Source: Camelus dromedarius
Lineage: Eukaryota
Reading direction: 5' to 3'
DNA: 64,000 nucleotides
Assembly: GCF_036321535.1 (NCBI RefSeq)
Contig: NC_087436.1
Coordinates: forward strand, 22,942,001-23,006,000
Of this stretch, positions 50,017 to 61,145 are shown one piece after another. A program made the translations under genes and the position numbers. The notes beneath the pieces are model-generated. The model ran no database searches. It saw only the letters and a program-made list of their open reading frames with translations, and was not told the DNA's origin. How positions within the stretch are numbered: the first letter of the stretch is position 1; the number at the start of each line of letters is the position of its first letter.

Positions 50017-50194
50017 AAAAGTTAGAGTTTTTGATATGAATATTTAAATGATTTTGCTTCTTCCAGGAAGCTTAGCTTATACAAAATGAGAACATCCATC
50101 TGTAAGATCATAATTTATCTGTTAGCAGTCAGTTCCTTTCATCTTAATGCTCTTAAAGCCTACTTAGAAGCTGCCACCAGCCTCCTTTTTTGTC

Positions 50195-50305
50195 TTAGGT
50201 AAGCTTCTAGACCTCAGTTTTCTCTTCTGCAAAATATGGAGGTTGGAGTTGGCAGGTGGCCTCTAGGTAACTCCCCAAAGTTAAGAGTTCTGTGATTCTA
50301 TGACA
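50195..50305 (+). mobile_element. MIR3-like fragment
   Basis: acctcagttttctcttctgcaaaatatggaggttgg...ttctgtgattctatga. Confidence 0.7.
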
Positions 50306-51983
50306 GTTTTCCATAAGTCTGTCCGCATCAGGACTCTCCTCAGTGGCACTGTCTCTGGATGAGATTGAATAAGCTAGAACCAGATGCCACCACCACCACC
50401 ATAATAATAAAGCCCTGTCTTGAAATTCCAACTAGAACCACATAAACTTGGCATAAAAGCCTCTCAATCCTCTTTTCCAACAATGATGAGCTAGATAGTT
50501 AGCAGTTAAACACAAAGCAACCCTGGAAGCATCGCTGACAGTAGCATCTGTGTACTCCAGACCTTCGGGCCACCTTGGAAACAGCCAAGTCTGGGCAGCA
50601 ATAAGGCTAAAGCTCTATGGCTTGTGGTACTGATTGCTGGAGGAGCAACCAAAATGCTTAAAATAAGGGCACACTTTTCCATTGTACATATTCATGAAAA
50701 CTAGCAATCAGTATTTTCAGTGTGTAGAGTGTTGGGTTGTTTGTGGTGGTGGCAGTACTGTTTTGCTGTTACTTAACTTATGTCTGAAAAATACAAATAA
50801 GAGACAGTTTTAAAGTTGACTTTAAAGTAAAAGTGAAAAGTAAAATTTTCCTATCATTAAATTGCTAGGTAAGATAAATCCCTGATAATCTCTGCATATC
50901 TTTAAAGCATTCAGGCCATTCTGGAGCAGGAGGACAGAGAGTTCCAGGAGGGAATTTTCATAGTCTAAAAGACAAGTGGAAGTAATGCGTTTGAAGAGTA
51001 TAGAAAATGTTATCAGTAAGCATGTGACAGAGATCGTAGCATGTGGGGGGAGAAGGGAACAGTGAAACACAGAAAGCCAGGCAAATGGAAGAGTGATGCA
51101 ATTACTAAGTTCAGGAAAAATTCAGAAGGTACATAATTGTAATAGACCACCTGCTTGACAAGGAACAGTATTTTCATTGAGTACTGTTGATTATCCAATG
51201 AGGGCTTAGGTGGGGACGTGGGGGTGGTAGAGTCACTGTGAGTTAAGTCATCTACCATGGCTGGATGTGAACAGAAAGTGTCCAAAATTGTTAATCCAAG
51301 AAATATTAGTAGAAACATAGTTAGAAATATGGAAGGAAATATGAGGGGAAATATCAAGAGGAGTTGGTCCATCTGAGAACCACTGGTTTATTCTTATGAG
51401 CTTTGGATGACGGAAAGTGTTTTACTGATAAGAACATAAACTATATTTGAGAATTAATGTTTTTCTTTTTCTTTGAGAAAGAACAAAATCACTTCTAACC
51501 TTTAAAAAGTGACGTAACCTGGTTAGACCATATTTCCCTTATCTGTAAAATAAAGAAGATAATGCCAAGGCAGCTGGTGAGGCTCCTTCTATCTAGGACT
51601 TTATTGCCTGGTTATTTTATTCCATTTGAGTCTAGGAAGCTGATGTTGGCAGAACATTTATTTAATTGTTCAGGCAGAGCAAGCTTTGTAGGCCTTTAAA
51701 GAGGATAACATTGTTTCTTAAATCACTTTCTGTAATTTAGTTTAATATCCATAATCTGTTCATCTAAGAAAACAGCTACTTTCCATGACAAAGTTATATA
51801 TGACTTTACTTTTTATTTTGCTTTTAGATTTGGCTTCAATATTATTACCAGACTTGTGACATTCCTTTTAAAGTGTCAACTACTTAAGAAAAGGGAATGT
51901 TATTTTTTTGTCTTAATCTTTTTATATAGCAGTGATTTTACCCACTAGACTAGCAAATAAAAGCTGTGAATAAAGTGACTGAA

Positions 51984-52502
51984 CAGTGCTGTCCAACAGA
52001 AAAATAATGTGAGCCACATATGTAACTTAACTTTCTAGCAGTCACATTTAAAAAAAGAAAAAGAGAAACAAGAGAAATAAAATTAATATATTTTATGTTA
52101 CCCAGTAAATCCAAAATATTATAATTTTAATACTAATTAAAGTATAAGTACCTCATTATTAATATCAAATATTAATAATTGCTAATGATATTTTTCACAC
52201 TAGTTCTTAAAATTCCAGTGGGTATTCTACATTTCAGCATATCCCAATTTGGGTGTTAAATTTCATCAGACATACTTGATCTGTATTTAGATTTTATAAA
52301 ACTTACACTTGAAAAAAGTAGATTCTAATACACAAATTGTCTTGAACATACTTAGGAATTTTCCAATAATTGAACTGAGTAATGGTTTCAAATTAAAATT
52401 TAAATTAACTAAAATTAAAAATTCAGTACCTCAGCCATACTAGCTACATTTCAATTACTCAATAGCAACATATGGCTAGTGGTTACCATGTTACACAGCA
52501 AG
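51984..52502. mobile_element. Charlie1-derived hAT element (Charlie1b-like, ~520 bp)
   Basis: Starts cagtgctgtccaacagaaaaataatgtgagccacatatgtaa and ends cacatttcaa-like...tatggctagtggttaccatgttacacagca. Confidence 0.85.
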
Positions 52503-52923
52503 CCTTACCGAATGACTCATATGTTCAATATCTCAGTGAATGCTCAGTATCCAAAGACTATCCTTCTCCCATAATAGTAGAGATGGGAGAGAAGGATGCT
52601 TGACTTTCCCTTCAGATAGGTGGTTTGAATGGTGGTTTTCAGTAGCTCTATGCAACCACAACTATCTTCAGGGCAAGTTGGCATAAGAAGTTCTGAAAAA
52701 GCTATTTCTGGTAAATGATTCTTCCTTTTTTTTTTTTTTCAGTTAGAAAATAAGTAGGGAGGAGTTCATGTTTTTGCTTTTCTTTTTTTTCTATTTGTAA
52801 ACATATTAAAGAGTGATATACATGAAGCAGTATATGTTATAAAGTACAAGCCAATATAGCTACACTATTTAGGATTTCAGAGAACTATAAAGAAAGAAAC
52901 TAGAAGATAAATAATTTTGGCAC

Positions 52924-53385
52924 AGACTTAGTTTGAGTTTTCCCAGAAGCAGACCTAAGGCAAGGATTCAAGTACAAGCCATTTATTTGAGAGGTGATTC
53001 CAGGAAACATCAGTTGGGGGATAGAGAAATGTGGCAGGGAAGGAAAGAAGCCAATAAAGTGTGTGTTATTAAGCAGGTTACCACTGTGAGTCACTGAAAT
53101 TTAATCCCACTGGGGAGCTCTGGGAAATGGTGTAGAAATGTGCCATAGATCTACCAGCACAGGGAGGAGGGAGCTGAGGTATTTATGTACCAGTTCTTTA
53201 GTCATTAGTTCAGGACTGCTCTCTGGTGGTGGTAATTCCTCCTTACCTACACACAGTCCAAGTAATTATAGTGGTTTGGGAAAGACATTTATGCAACAGA
53301 AGGCCAGGTGCCGGCAGTTGAAAGTCAGGACAGTGTATACAGAAGTGGTGTGGGCTGGGTGGGTAGGGACAGCATCTGCTATGGA
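52924..53385 (-). mobile_element. ERVL solo LTR (LTR16-like)
   Basis: ttagtttgagttttcccagaagcagacctaaggcaaggattcaagtacaagccatttatttgagaggtgattccaggaaaca is the typical antisense LTR16 end. Confidence 0.8.
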
Positions 53386-54724
53386 CACCCTTTGACTTAT
53401 GGTGAGGAGTGCACTGAACAAAGAACAAGAAAGGTGTATTTCAGATCTTTGGAGCTTTTTTGGAATGCATATGTCTCAACTTCTCTCCCCTTCCTAGACC
53501 TCAGATCCTGATAAAAGGCATACAGTTCCCCCTTCACTGAGATCTACTGATGGAGCATAAATACCAAGGAGCCTTATAAACGTGATTCACTTACATATTA
53601 GTCTAAAAGCATTTCATACCAATGTTGTTAGAATTTATGGGTTCAGCCAAAGGATACACAGTGTTTTTCACTTTGGAATTTGGGCTCTGATCCTTGAGAA
53701 GCTGTTTACTATCCACCAAGGTATATCATCAAGTTCTATCACTTTTTGCTGTTTTTTCAATACATTAATAGTTGGTCTTTCAGCTGACCTTAATGTCATT
53801 TGTTGAATTCATAGTCCATGTCATCTTACCACAGGGAAAGCTATGTGGGGACTCCTAGCTAGAAACCAAAGAAGTAAACTTTAATTGCTCTTATTAAGAA
53901 AGGGATTTTCCAATCTGAACTTTTTATAAATGGGATTCTCACTTCTAGTTTTCAAAGACTACTGAAAGCAACTTTGGAGAATACTAAAAAGAAACTAGCA
54001 ATGAATCAAGTAAAGTAATGAGGCATTTAATAATTGTGCAATGAATTGGGAATTCTGGGTCATTTCTACCAAACAAATAAGAAAAAAATATGAAAAGATA
54101 TGATTCATGTATATTTCCCTATTCTATGCAAATAGTACAGAAAATAAACATCTAGAAGTTCATTAGATCCAAGATATTATGATCATTTTTAATTGTAATT
54201 TTAAGATCTTGCTGTGCATTGTTAAAAACAGTCTAGTGGGGAATAACTGATGTGATTTTTTCCCAGCAGTTCAAAGCAAAACAAAACACAAATCCATTGC
54301 TTTGGTTATGCAACTGTTTCAAAGTAAACATTATACAATTTTTATTTTTCACTACCTTAAGAGAGCAACATGAGTTGGGCCATTAATTGCTAACCCAGTT
54401 ACATTCATTTTTCCCTTTGAAGATTAATTTTTCATTTAAATACCTCAGAGTTTTCTTTCATTGACCAGTGTGAGATAGAAAGTTCATCCTTTCATGTTGC
54501 AAAAATGGTAATTTGCTCAACATGAGCCCCGTGGTCCCTAGCTTTTTGGAGGGGTCCTTGTAATATTCAACACCTAGGTTGTCGAGAAGTTCATCATTTG
54601 TTTCTGGGCCCCAGTGGAAGCCAAGGTTGGTGTGCTCCTTTCCACCCCTACCTATCTCCTTTGGTCTAAATGCAAGTTTTACACTGTCTGGAATGTTTTA
54701 AATAATTATTTAATAGATGGTGTC

Positions 54725-54905
54725 AGTGATAATAGTAACCCTTAATATTTATTGAGCACTTACTATGCCCTGGGTTCTTTATATGCATTATCTCATTTAA
54801 TCCTCACTCAACCCTTTGGATTAGGTACGTTTCCTATTAGAGTTTTGGAGATAATGAACTAAAAGCTTAAAAATTTAGTAACTCTTCCAAGGTCACCCAG
54901 TTGGA
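54725..54905 (-). mobile_element. MIR
   Basis: atttattgagcacttactatgccctgg...tatctcatttaatcctcac...ccaaggtcacccag. Confidence 0.85.
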
Positions 54906-55624
54906 ATCTATGGTAAATGATTCTGCTATTTCATTTCATTTATTAGATTATTAGGAAGAGAAAACGCTGGAGAGGTTTGCTTTCTTAGAATCTCCCATCC
55001 TGTGATTCCATTATCCTGCTCCTTGGTGAGACTTACATGTATAATGTTTTTTGTCCAAACTAAAGTTAGAACTTAAAATATCTTATATGTAAGCAGAAGG
55101 TTCTTTAAGCATGATTATTTTCTCCATAAAAAACTGTAATCATAAAAATTAATTTAGTATTCTGTGATTTGTTTTATGTCAGCCTGAACTCTGTATCATT
55201 TTTAACCATTTCAAATTCTCACAGAAACTATAAGTAAGTTATTTTTGAATCTGATGCACTGAGTATGTTCTAAGAAAATGCTTACAGGTGGGGCTATAAG
55301 TGAATTACCTTATTTTATATTCATCACTCCCCCTACAGTTATCACAAATTCATGGAAAATTCAACACACTTCTAAATTAGGAAAAAATACGAATTTTTCA
55401 AGAAGTGTGATTCATTGATCATCTCAAGCATAGATGAAGAACTGACATCAGTGAGTTAATTAAATTACTAGAGCTTTTCCAAGGAAAATAAAGTTGTCTA
55501 TTGTTAGCATCTCCTTTAAAGATTTTTTGACCTCATAAAAGTTAGTTGTTGCTGAGTGTCTGCCTCCGAGTATAATGACAAATCTCCACTTGAGGGATCT
55601 GGTGCATAATTAAAGTGACTTTAG

Positions 55625-55838
55625 GATAAAACAAAAAGAAGCAGGCTCACAGATATAGAGAACAAAATATCGATTACCAGTGGGGAGAGGGAAGGAGGGA
55701 AGGGTAATATAAGGGTAGGGGGGAAGAAAGGGTTATTGTGAGATGATACGAAATTTTATGTGTGACACTTTCAAAAATTTTAAAGGTCCATAGAATTTAA
55801 AGAATCTTAAAGAACGTTTCACTCAGTTTGAAAAAAAA
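55625..55838 (+). mobile_element. L1 3' UTR fragment
   Basis: gcaggctcacagatatagagaacaaaatatcgattaccagtggggagagggaaggagggaagggt with an A-rich end. Confidence 0.75.
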
Positions 55839-56550
55839 GCACCTGGTCCATATGGCCAAGATATATTAATAAAGTATGATTTTAGCTTCCTAAAAATAAA
55901 TAAATAAGGTGCACTTTAGCTGTACACCCAGCATTGGACATATTTCAAGTTGTCAGCAAAGCATTGGGGGAGCACAGATTACCAATTTTTATCCAACAAC
56001 TCAGATGAAACTTTAATATTTTGAACTTAGAGGTCTTCTGGAGAAGTCATGTCAATTGGTTTACACTGCAGGTTATCAGTTTGGTTCCCGAATGATAAAT
56101 TTCCACACTCCTAAAGTAGTCCTACTATGAATTTATTTTTATTGCTAACTATTTTTACTGTCCAGACGAAGACTGTATTCTAGACACCATCCTTCTCATC
56201 CTCAAAAAGTGGAGTAATGAATGGGTTTCAGGAAAGATACGTGGGTTTTAGGATATATTCGGCAGTGGTAAAACAATAATAATGCTAACAAAACCTGAAC
56301 ACGTATATTGTGGTTTTTCTATGGCAGGCCCTGTGCTAAATTCTTCACTGTGAATCACCTCGTGTAATAATAGGACAGGTTAGTTCCCTCTGATGGGTAT
56401 TTTTCCTCAAGTGATTCTACAGTAAGATCACTCCCAGAGAATGTGGGTGAGAAGGGGCACATAGGAGGTTTCCGGAGAGATGTAAAGAGGTGAGGTCATC
56501 ATTTGGACAAAGGGAAGGCAGGTCCGGAAGAGGGTAGAGCAGGTGTTCTA

Positions 56551-56730
56551 CATTATGCTGCGTGAAAAAAGCCAAAAGCCAACCTCAGAGGGTTATATAC
56601 TAGGTGATTCCATTTATATAACATTCTGGAAATGACAAAATTACAGAGATGGAGAACAGGTAAGTGGACATGAGGGCTTAGGGAAGAGGAAGGAGAGCAG
56701 GAGGTGTTCTTTTGAGGAAAAGGATCATAA
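56551..56730 (+). mobile_element. L1MC-type fragment
   Basis: cattatgctgcgtgaaaaaagcc...tgattccatttatataacattctggaaatgacaaaattacagagatggagaacag. Confidence 0.85.
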
Positions 56731-57318
56731 ATGTAAAGGGAGAACAGATGGCCTGTGGGATTTTTCCCTTCACAGTGTTCCCATGAGGAAGTGGAGGCAC
56801 AGAAAGAGTGAATTTTATAGGGCACAAGAGAGAGAAGAGCAAGGGGGCTAAGAGTATTTTTAGAGGAGTTCTCTTAACTGTGGACCTTGTGATCTAGGCT
56901 GGGTAAGGACAGCAGTGAAGCCAGGAGGCGGCTGATGGATAGTAAGAAAGCAGAGGGCATTCATGAGTGGGAAGGTACCTGAGCAAAGAGAGCCTGAGGA
57001 AGAGAGGTGGCATTAGAAACGTGACATCTTTGAAACTGGGATTTCAGAGGTAGTGCAAGTTTCTAGGAGTGACAAGGTCCAGGGTAAGGCAGTGGGGATG
57101 TGTGTCTGGGAAGGACTGGAAGAAAAGGAGGGTCTTTGGAGAAGAAGGGAACAAACAACCCACAGGCCGGAGTATCGAGTGGGTTATCCACATGAATACT
57201 AAAATTTCCAGTCCAAGGAGGTGACTCTTAGGAGCCACAGAGGGTGATAAAAGAAATTAACAGGAAATATGTAGATAAGGCAGGGAGAGGAGAGAGAAGG
57301 TTATAAATCCAGGTGAAG

Positions 57319-57439
57319 GAGTGTGCAGTACAGCTCAGTGGGAGAGCTGCATGGTTAGCATGCACAAGCTCCTGGGTTCAATCCTCAGTGCTTCCATTAA
57401 AAAAAAAAAGTAAGAAAGGGAAAAAAATTAAATAAATAA
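57319..57439 (+). mobile_element. Camelid tRNA-Ala-derived SINE (more diverged copy)
   Basis: tacagctcagtgggagagctgcatggttagcatgcacaagctcctgggttcaatcctcagt + A tail. TSD 13/16 (57303-57318 / 57440-57455). Confidence 0.88.
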
Positions 57440-58302
57440 ATAAACCCAAGTGGAGAGACTCTCAAAAGATAAGTGGTTTTTGAAGGAGGTTGAGATGGGG
57501 CTTGGAGGCAAGGTTGAGAAGTAGTGATATGGGGCAGAGACACCAAACCATCTTCTGGCCCTGAGGTATGTGGAGTGTGGTTTAATAAAAATGAATTAAA
57601 ATACTTGCCCCTTAATCATGGTGCAGAGAAAGTGGTGTCTTCACAGGGCAGCCAGATCAATCAAAACAGGAAGGTCAAGGATCAAGGGAGTGAAGGCATA
57701 ATTCCAAGAAGAGATGGAAGCTACCAGAGAATTTGATGACCAGAGACTTAAATTTCTGAGAGTCAGAAAGGAAGGGTTTGAGGAGCAGGACATGGGTAGG
57801 AAATTGGGTTGGACTCAATGATGCACAGAGCAGTATAGCTGTAAGGATCTGGAAGATAACCCATGACTTAAGAGGGCTGAACTTAAGCAGGGCCTCAGGT
57901 GAATGGGATGGGGCCATCTGAGAGGAGGTCAGGCAATCCGTAATACTGCAGAACTTCCCTCAGTGGAAGGAGTCACTGGCTGTCCTGTGGTGCTTGGGGT
58001 CATCTGAGTTTATTCATATTTCTCCTTAATCTTCTGGAAGAACAAAACAAGGGCCCCTGCCTTGGTTGTTCCCCAGAAAATATGACTAGGCACAGTAGCT
58101 GATTCCACCGCTCACAGGCAAGAAGGAGAAGGACTGATAGGAAACATTTAGCATGAAAAATACAATAGTTTAAATATTAAAGAACACAACAAATAGGATA
58201 AAACACAGAATGGATATAGATAAAGACAAATTTGTGAGCTGGAAGATTAGTCTGAAAAACTTTTCCACAAGTCAGCTAGAATGGACAAAGAGAAATTATA
58301 AA

Positions 58303-59380
58303 AGACACAATGAAATATCATTATACATCTGTTATAATGGCTAAAATAAAAAACAGTGATCACTCCAAATGCTGGCAAGGATGCTGAGAAACTGGATTAT
58401 TCACACATATTGCTGATGGCAATGTACAGTAATATAGCCACCCTGGAAAACAGTTTGGCAATTTCATTTTTTTGTTCTTTTTCTTTTTTTTTTTTTTTTT
58501 AATGAGGGGGAGATAGTTAGATTTATTCATTTATTTATATTTGGAGGAGGTACTGGGAATTGAACCCAGGACCTCGTGCATGCTAAGCATGCACTCTACC
58601 ACTTGAGCTATACCCTCCCCCCCTTGGCAATTTCTTTTGAAAACCAAACATGCAGTTATCATATAGTGTAACAATTGCACATCTTGGCATTCATCCCAGA
58701 AAAATGGAAGCCTGTATTCATGCAAAAACTTCCACACTAATGTTTATAACAGCTTTATTCTTAATAACCAAAAACTGGAAATAACCCGTATGTCCATCAA
58801 TGGGTAAATAAACTCTGGTGCACCATATTCTATATCATAGAATACTACACAGCAATGAAAAGGAATGAATTACTGATACATGCAACCCTGCAGCCTAGAT
58901 AGATGTTAGGGGTGTTATACTGAATGAAAAAAAGCCAGTCTCTAAGTATTACATACTGGATGATTCCATTTATACAACATTGTAGAAATGATAAAAGTGT
59001 ATGTAGATGGAGATAGATAAGTAGACATCAGGGGTTAGAGAAGGGGAAAGCGAGGAGGAGGAATTTCCTTTGTGGTGATAGAATATTTCAATATTTTAAT
59101 TGTGATCATAGTTATATGACCCTATACATGTAATAAAATGTCATGGAATTTTACACAAAGACATTTTTAAAATCTACACATGCCAAAACTAGTGAAGTCA
59201 GAGTAAGTCCTATAATCTAGTTAATTGTATTGTGCCAGTCAATCTCTTGTATTGATACTGCACTGTAATATGTAAGATGCCACCATTGGAGAGAGCCAGG
59301 AGATGGGTGCATGGGACCTCTGTGGACTATTTTTGCCACTTATTAGCTTATAATTATTTCAAAATAAAACGTTTTTTAAA
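58303..59380 (+). mobile_element. L1MC/MD-type 3' end
   Basis: cacaatgaaatatcattatacatctgttataatggctaaaataaaaaacag...gtaagatgccaccattggagagagcc...tataattatttcaaaataaaac. Confidence 0.9.
58466..58623 (-). mobile_element. Camelid tRNA-Ala-derived SINE (Vic-1 type) with perfect TSD
   Basis: Reverse complement ggggagggtatagctcaagtggtagagtgcatgcttagcatgcacgaggtcctgggttcaattcccagtacctcc + tail. ttggcaatttc at both 58455-58465 and 58624-58634. Confidence 0.96.
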
Positions 59381-60164
59381 TGAGAGGGGGAAAGTATTTT
59401 TTTTTAAAAACCATGACAAATAGAAAAATAAGTGCCACCAATAGGATAATACGTATCACAGGAAAGAAAAAATATAGGAGGAAATATTTCAATAAAGTAT
59501 GAAGACAAATGTTTCAGAATTAAAGAAAGAATGAAATGGCTCTAGTTGAAAGTGTTTATGTGCCACCAAACTAACTGATAAATACTCATAAATAGACCAG
59601 TGATATTTAAGACTATCAGAGACTAATCTCAAATATAACTCTAAAAGGTTACAAAGAAGAGCAGATCACTCCCAAAAAACAAAAATCAGAAGTGGCATCA
59701 GACCTCTCCACAGCAACATAACTAAGCAGATATAACTATCATGAACATACATGCAGCTAACTGTACAAACTCAAAACATAGCAGCAACTGACAGAACTTC
59801 AGAGAGAAAACAGCATTAGTTGTATGAGACATTTGACACACCCTTTTGAGACGGTCAAGCAGACATAGATAAGCAGAGATGTGGGAGGTCTAACTATACT
59901 GAATAAGCATAATCAATGAGACATGTCTGCACAACAAAATCATGTTTTTGAATACAGCGTTTCTGAATATAAATGGAATATTTACCCTAAAAAATAAATT
60001 AGATGATTAAGGATCAATATCAAGAGACCATGTTCCTTGACCATAATGCAACAATAACAAGATAATAATGATTACAAATGGATAACTTTAACAATCACAT
60101 ATATTTGGAAACTAAATACATAGTACTGAATAATCCTTTGGTTGAAATGAAATCTGCTTCTTAG

Positions 60165-61145
60165 AAATTTTCAATGTCTTATAGAGAAACGTTACTGTAT
60201 AGTTTTCTTCACATAGGGCTAGTGTTTATTAGGTCTATCCTTAGATATTTATGACTTCTGCTGCTCTGTGTAGAGATCACTTTTTCCATTACCTATTCTG
60301 TTAGGCATTACTGGTGTATAGGAAGCTTTTCATTTTTATATGTTGATCCTGAGTCTTGTGTTTTTCTGCACATTCTTCTAATTTTAATAGCTAAATTATC
60401 TTGGTTTTTTAGGTGGTCATGGGATCCCCCAAATAATGACAGTTTGCTCCCTTCCTTTCAAAGACTTACCCCTCCCATTCCTGTGTCTCTTCACACCAGA
60501 TACCACTTCTGCTTTCAGTATTAGCTCTTCCTGGCCTGATTCATGACTTGAGCTGGAAATGTCTAATGCTGTTTCTTCCATTCAATATACTATTCCTGGA
60601 AGATCCTTTATATCCCATTAAGTACATTTCCGTATATTCCTCTTAATAAGAAATCAGCAGTGGGTGCCATTGTCAACACACGGCTTCCTTCTCTAAGACA
60701 CCAGCTGCTCTACATTTCTCCAAGTGAAGTCAGAGAGAAGGGGAGACAGCTTCTGGGGTGCACTTACCCTTTCATGGATGAGACCTTGGAGTAGCACACG
60801 TCATCTCCACTCACATCTCAGTGACAGATACTCATTGCATAGCCACAACTAGCTGCAAGGGAGGCTGATGACAAGGAATGCTTCTCCCTCAACAGTCTGT
60901 GTCCATCTGAAACACTGACACCAAGGAAGTGCAAGAGAGCAGATGTTAGTGGACAGCTAGCGACACAAGATACTCACAGGCTTTATTCCCTGAATGTGTT
61001 AATGCACTGAAATGCATTAACACATTTTCCAATGTTAAGTAACCCTCACCTTCCTGGAATAAATCCCCTGGGTCATGAAGACTTTTTACTTTATCATTGA
61101 AATCTATTTGTGAGTGCTTTATTTGGAATTTTGGCATCTGTGTTT
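60165..61145 (-). mobile_element. Ancient L1 RT-domain fragments, interrupted by an MLT1
   Basis: Reverse strand from 61145 (gatgccaaaattccaaataaagcactcacaaatagatt...catgacccaggggatttattccagg) is a decayed DAKILNKILANRI...HDQVGFIPG. Confidence 0.7.
60655..60967 (-). mobile_element. MLT1J/K-like LTR fragment
   Basis: catctccactcacatc...gcatagccacaactagctgcaagggaggctg...gttagtggacagctagc. Confidence 0.7.

Larger units (their letters stand above)
56385..57810 (-). mobile_element. Long decayed L2 (endonuclease region) hosting an L1 piece and a SINE
   Basis: Reverse complement near 57170-57215 (ggaaattttagtattcatgtggataacccactcgatactccggcc) resembles the L2 GDFNIHVDDP motif. Purine-rich throughout. 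Confidence 0.6.
58140..60160 (+). mobile_element. Ancient L1 ORF1/endonuclease region, split by a younger L1
   Basis: ORF1-like A-rich sequence at 58140-58300 continues at ~59400 (aatcagaagtggcatcagacctctccacagcaaca). Endonuclease-like sequence follows (ccatgttccttgaccataatgcaa). Confidence 0.65.
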
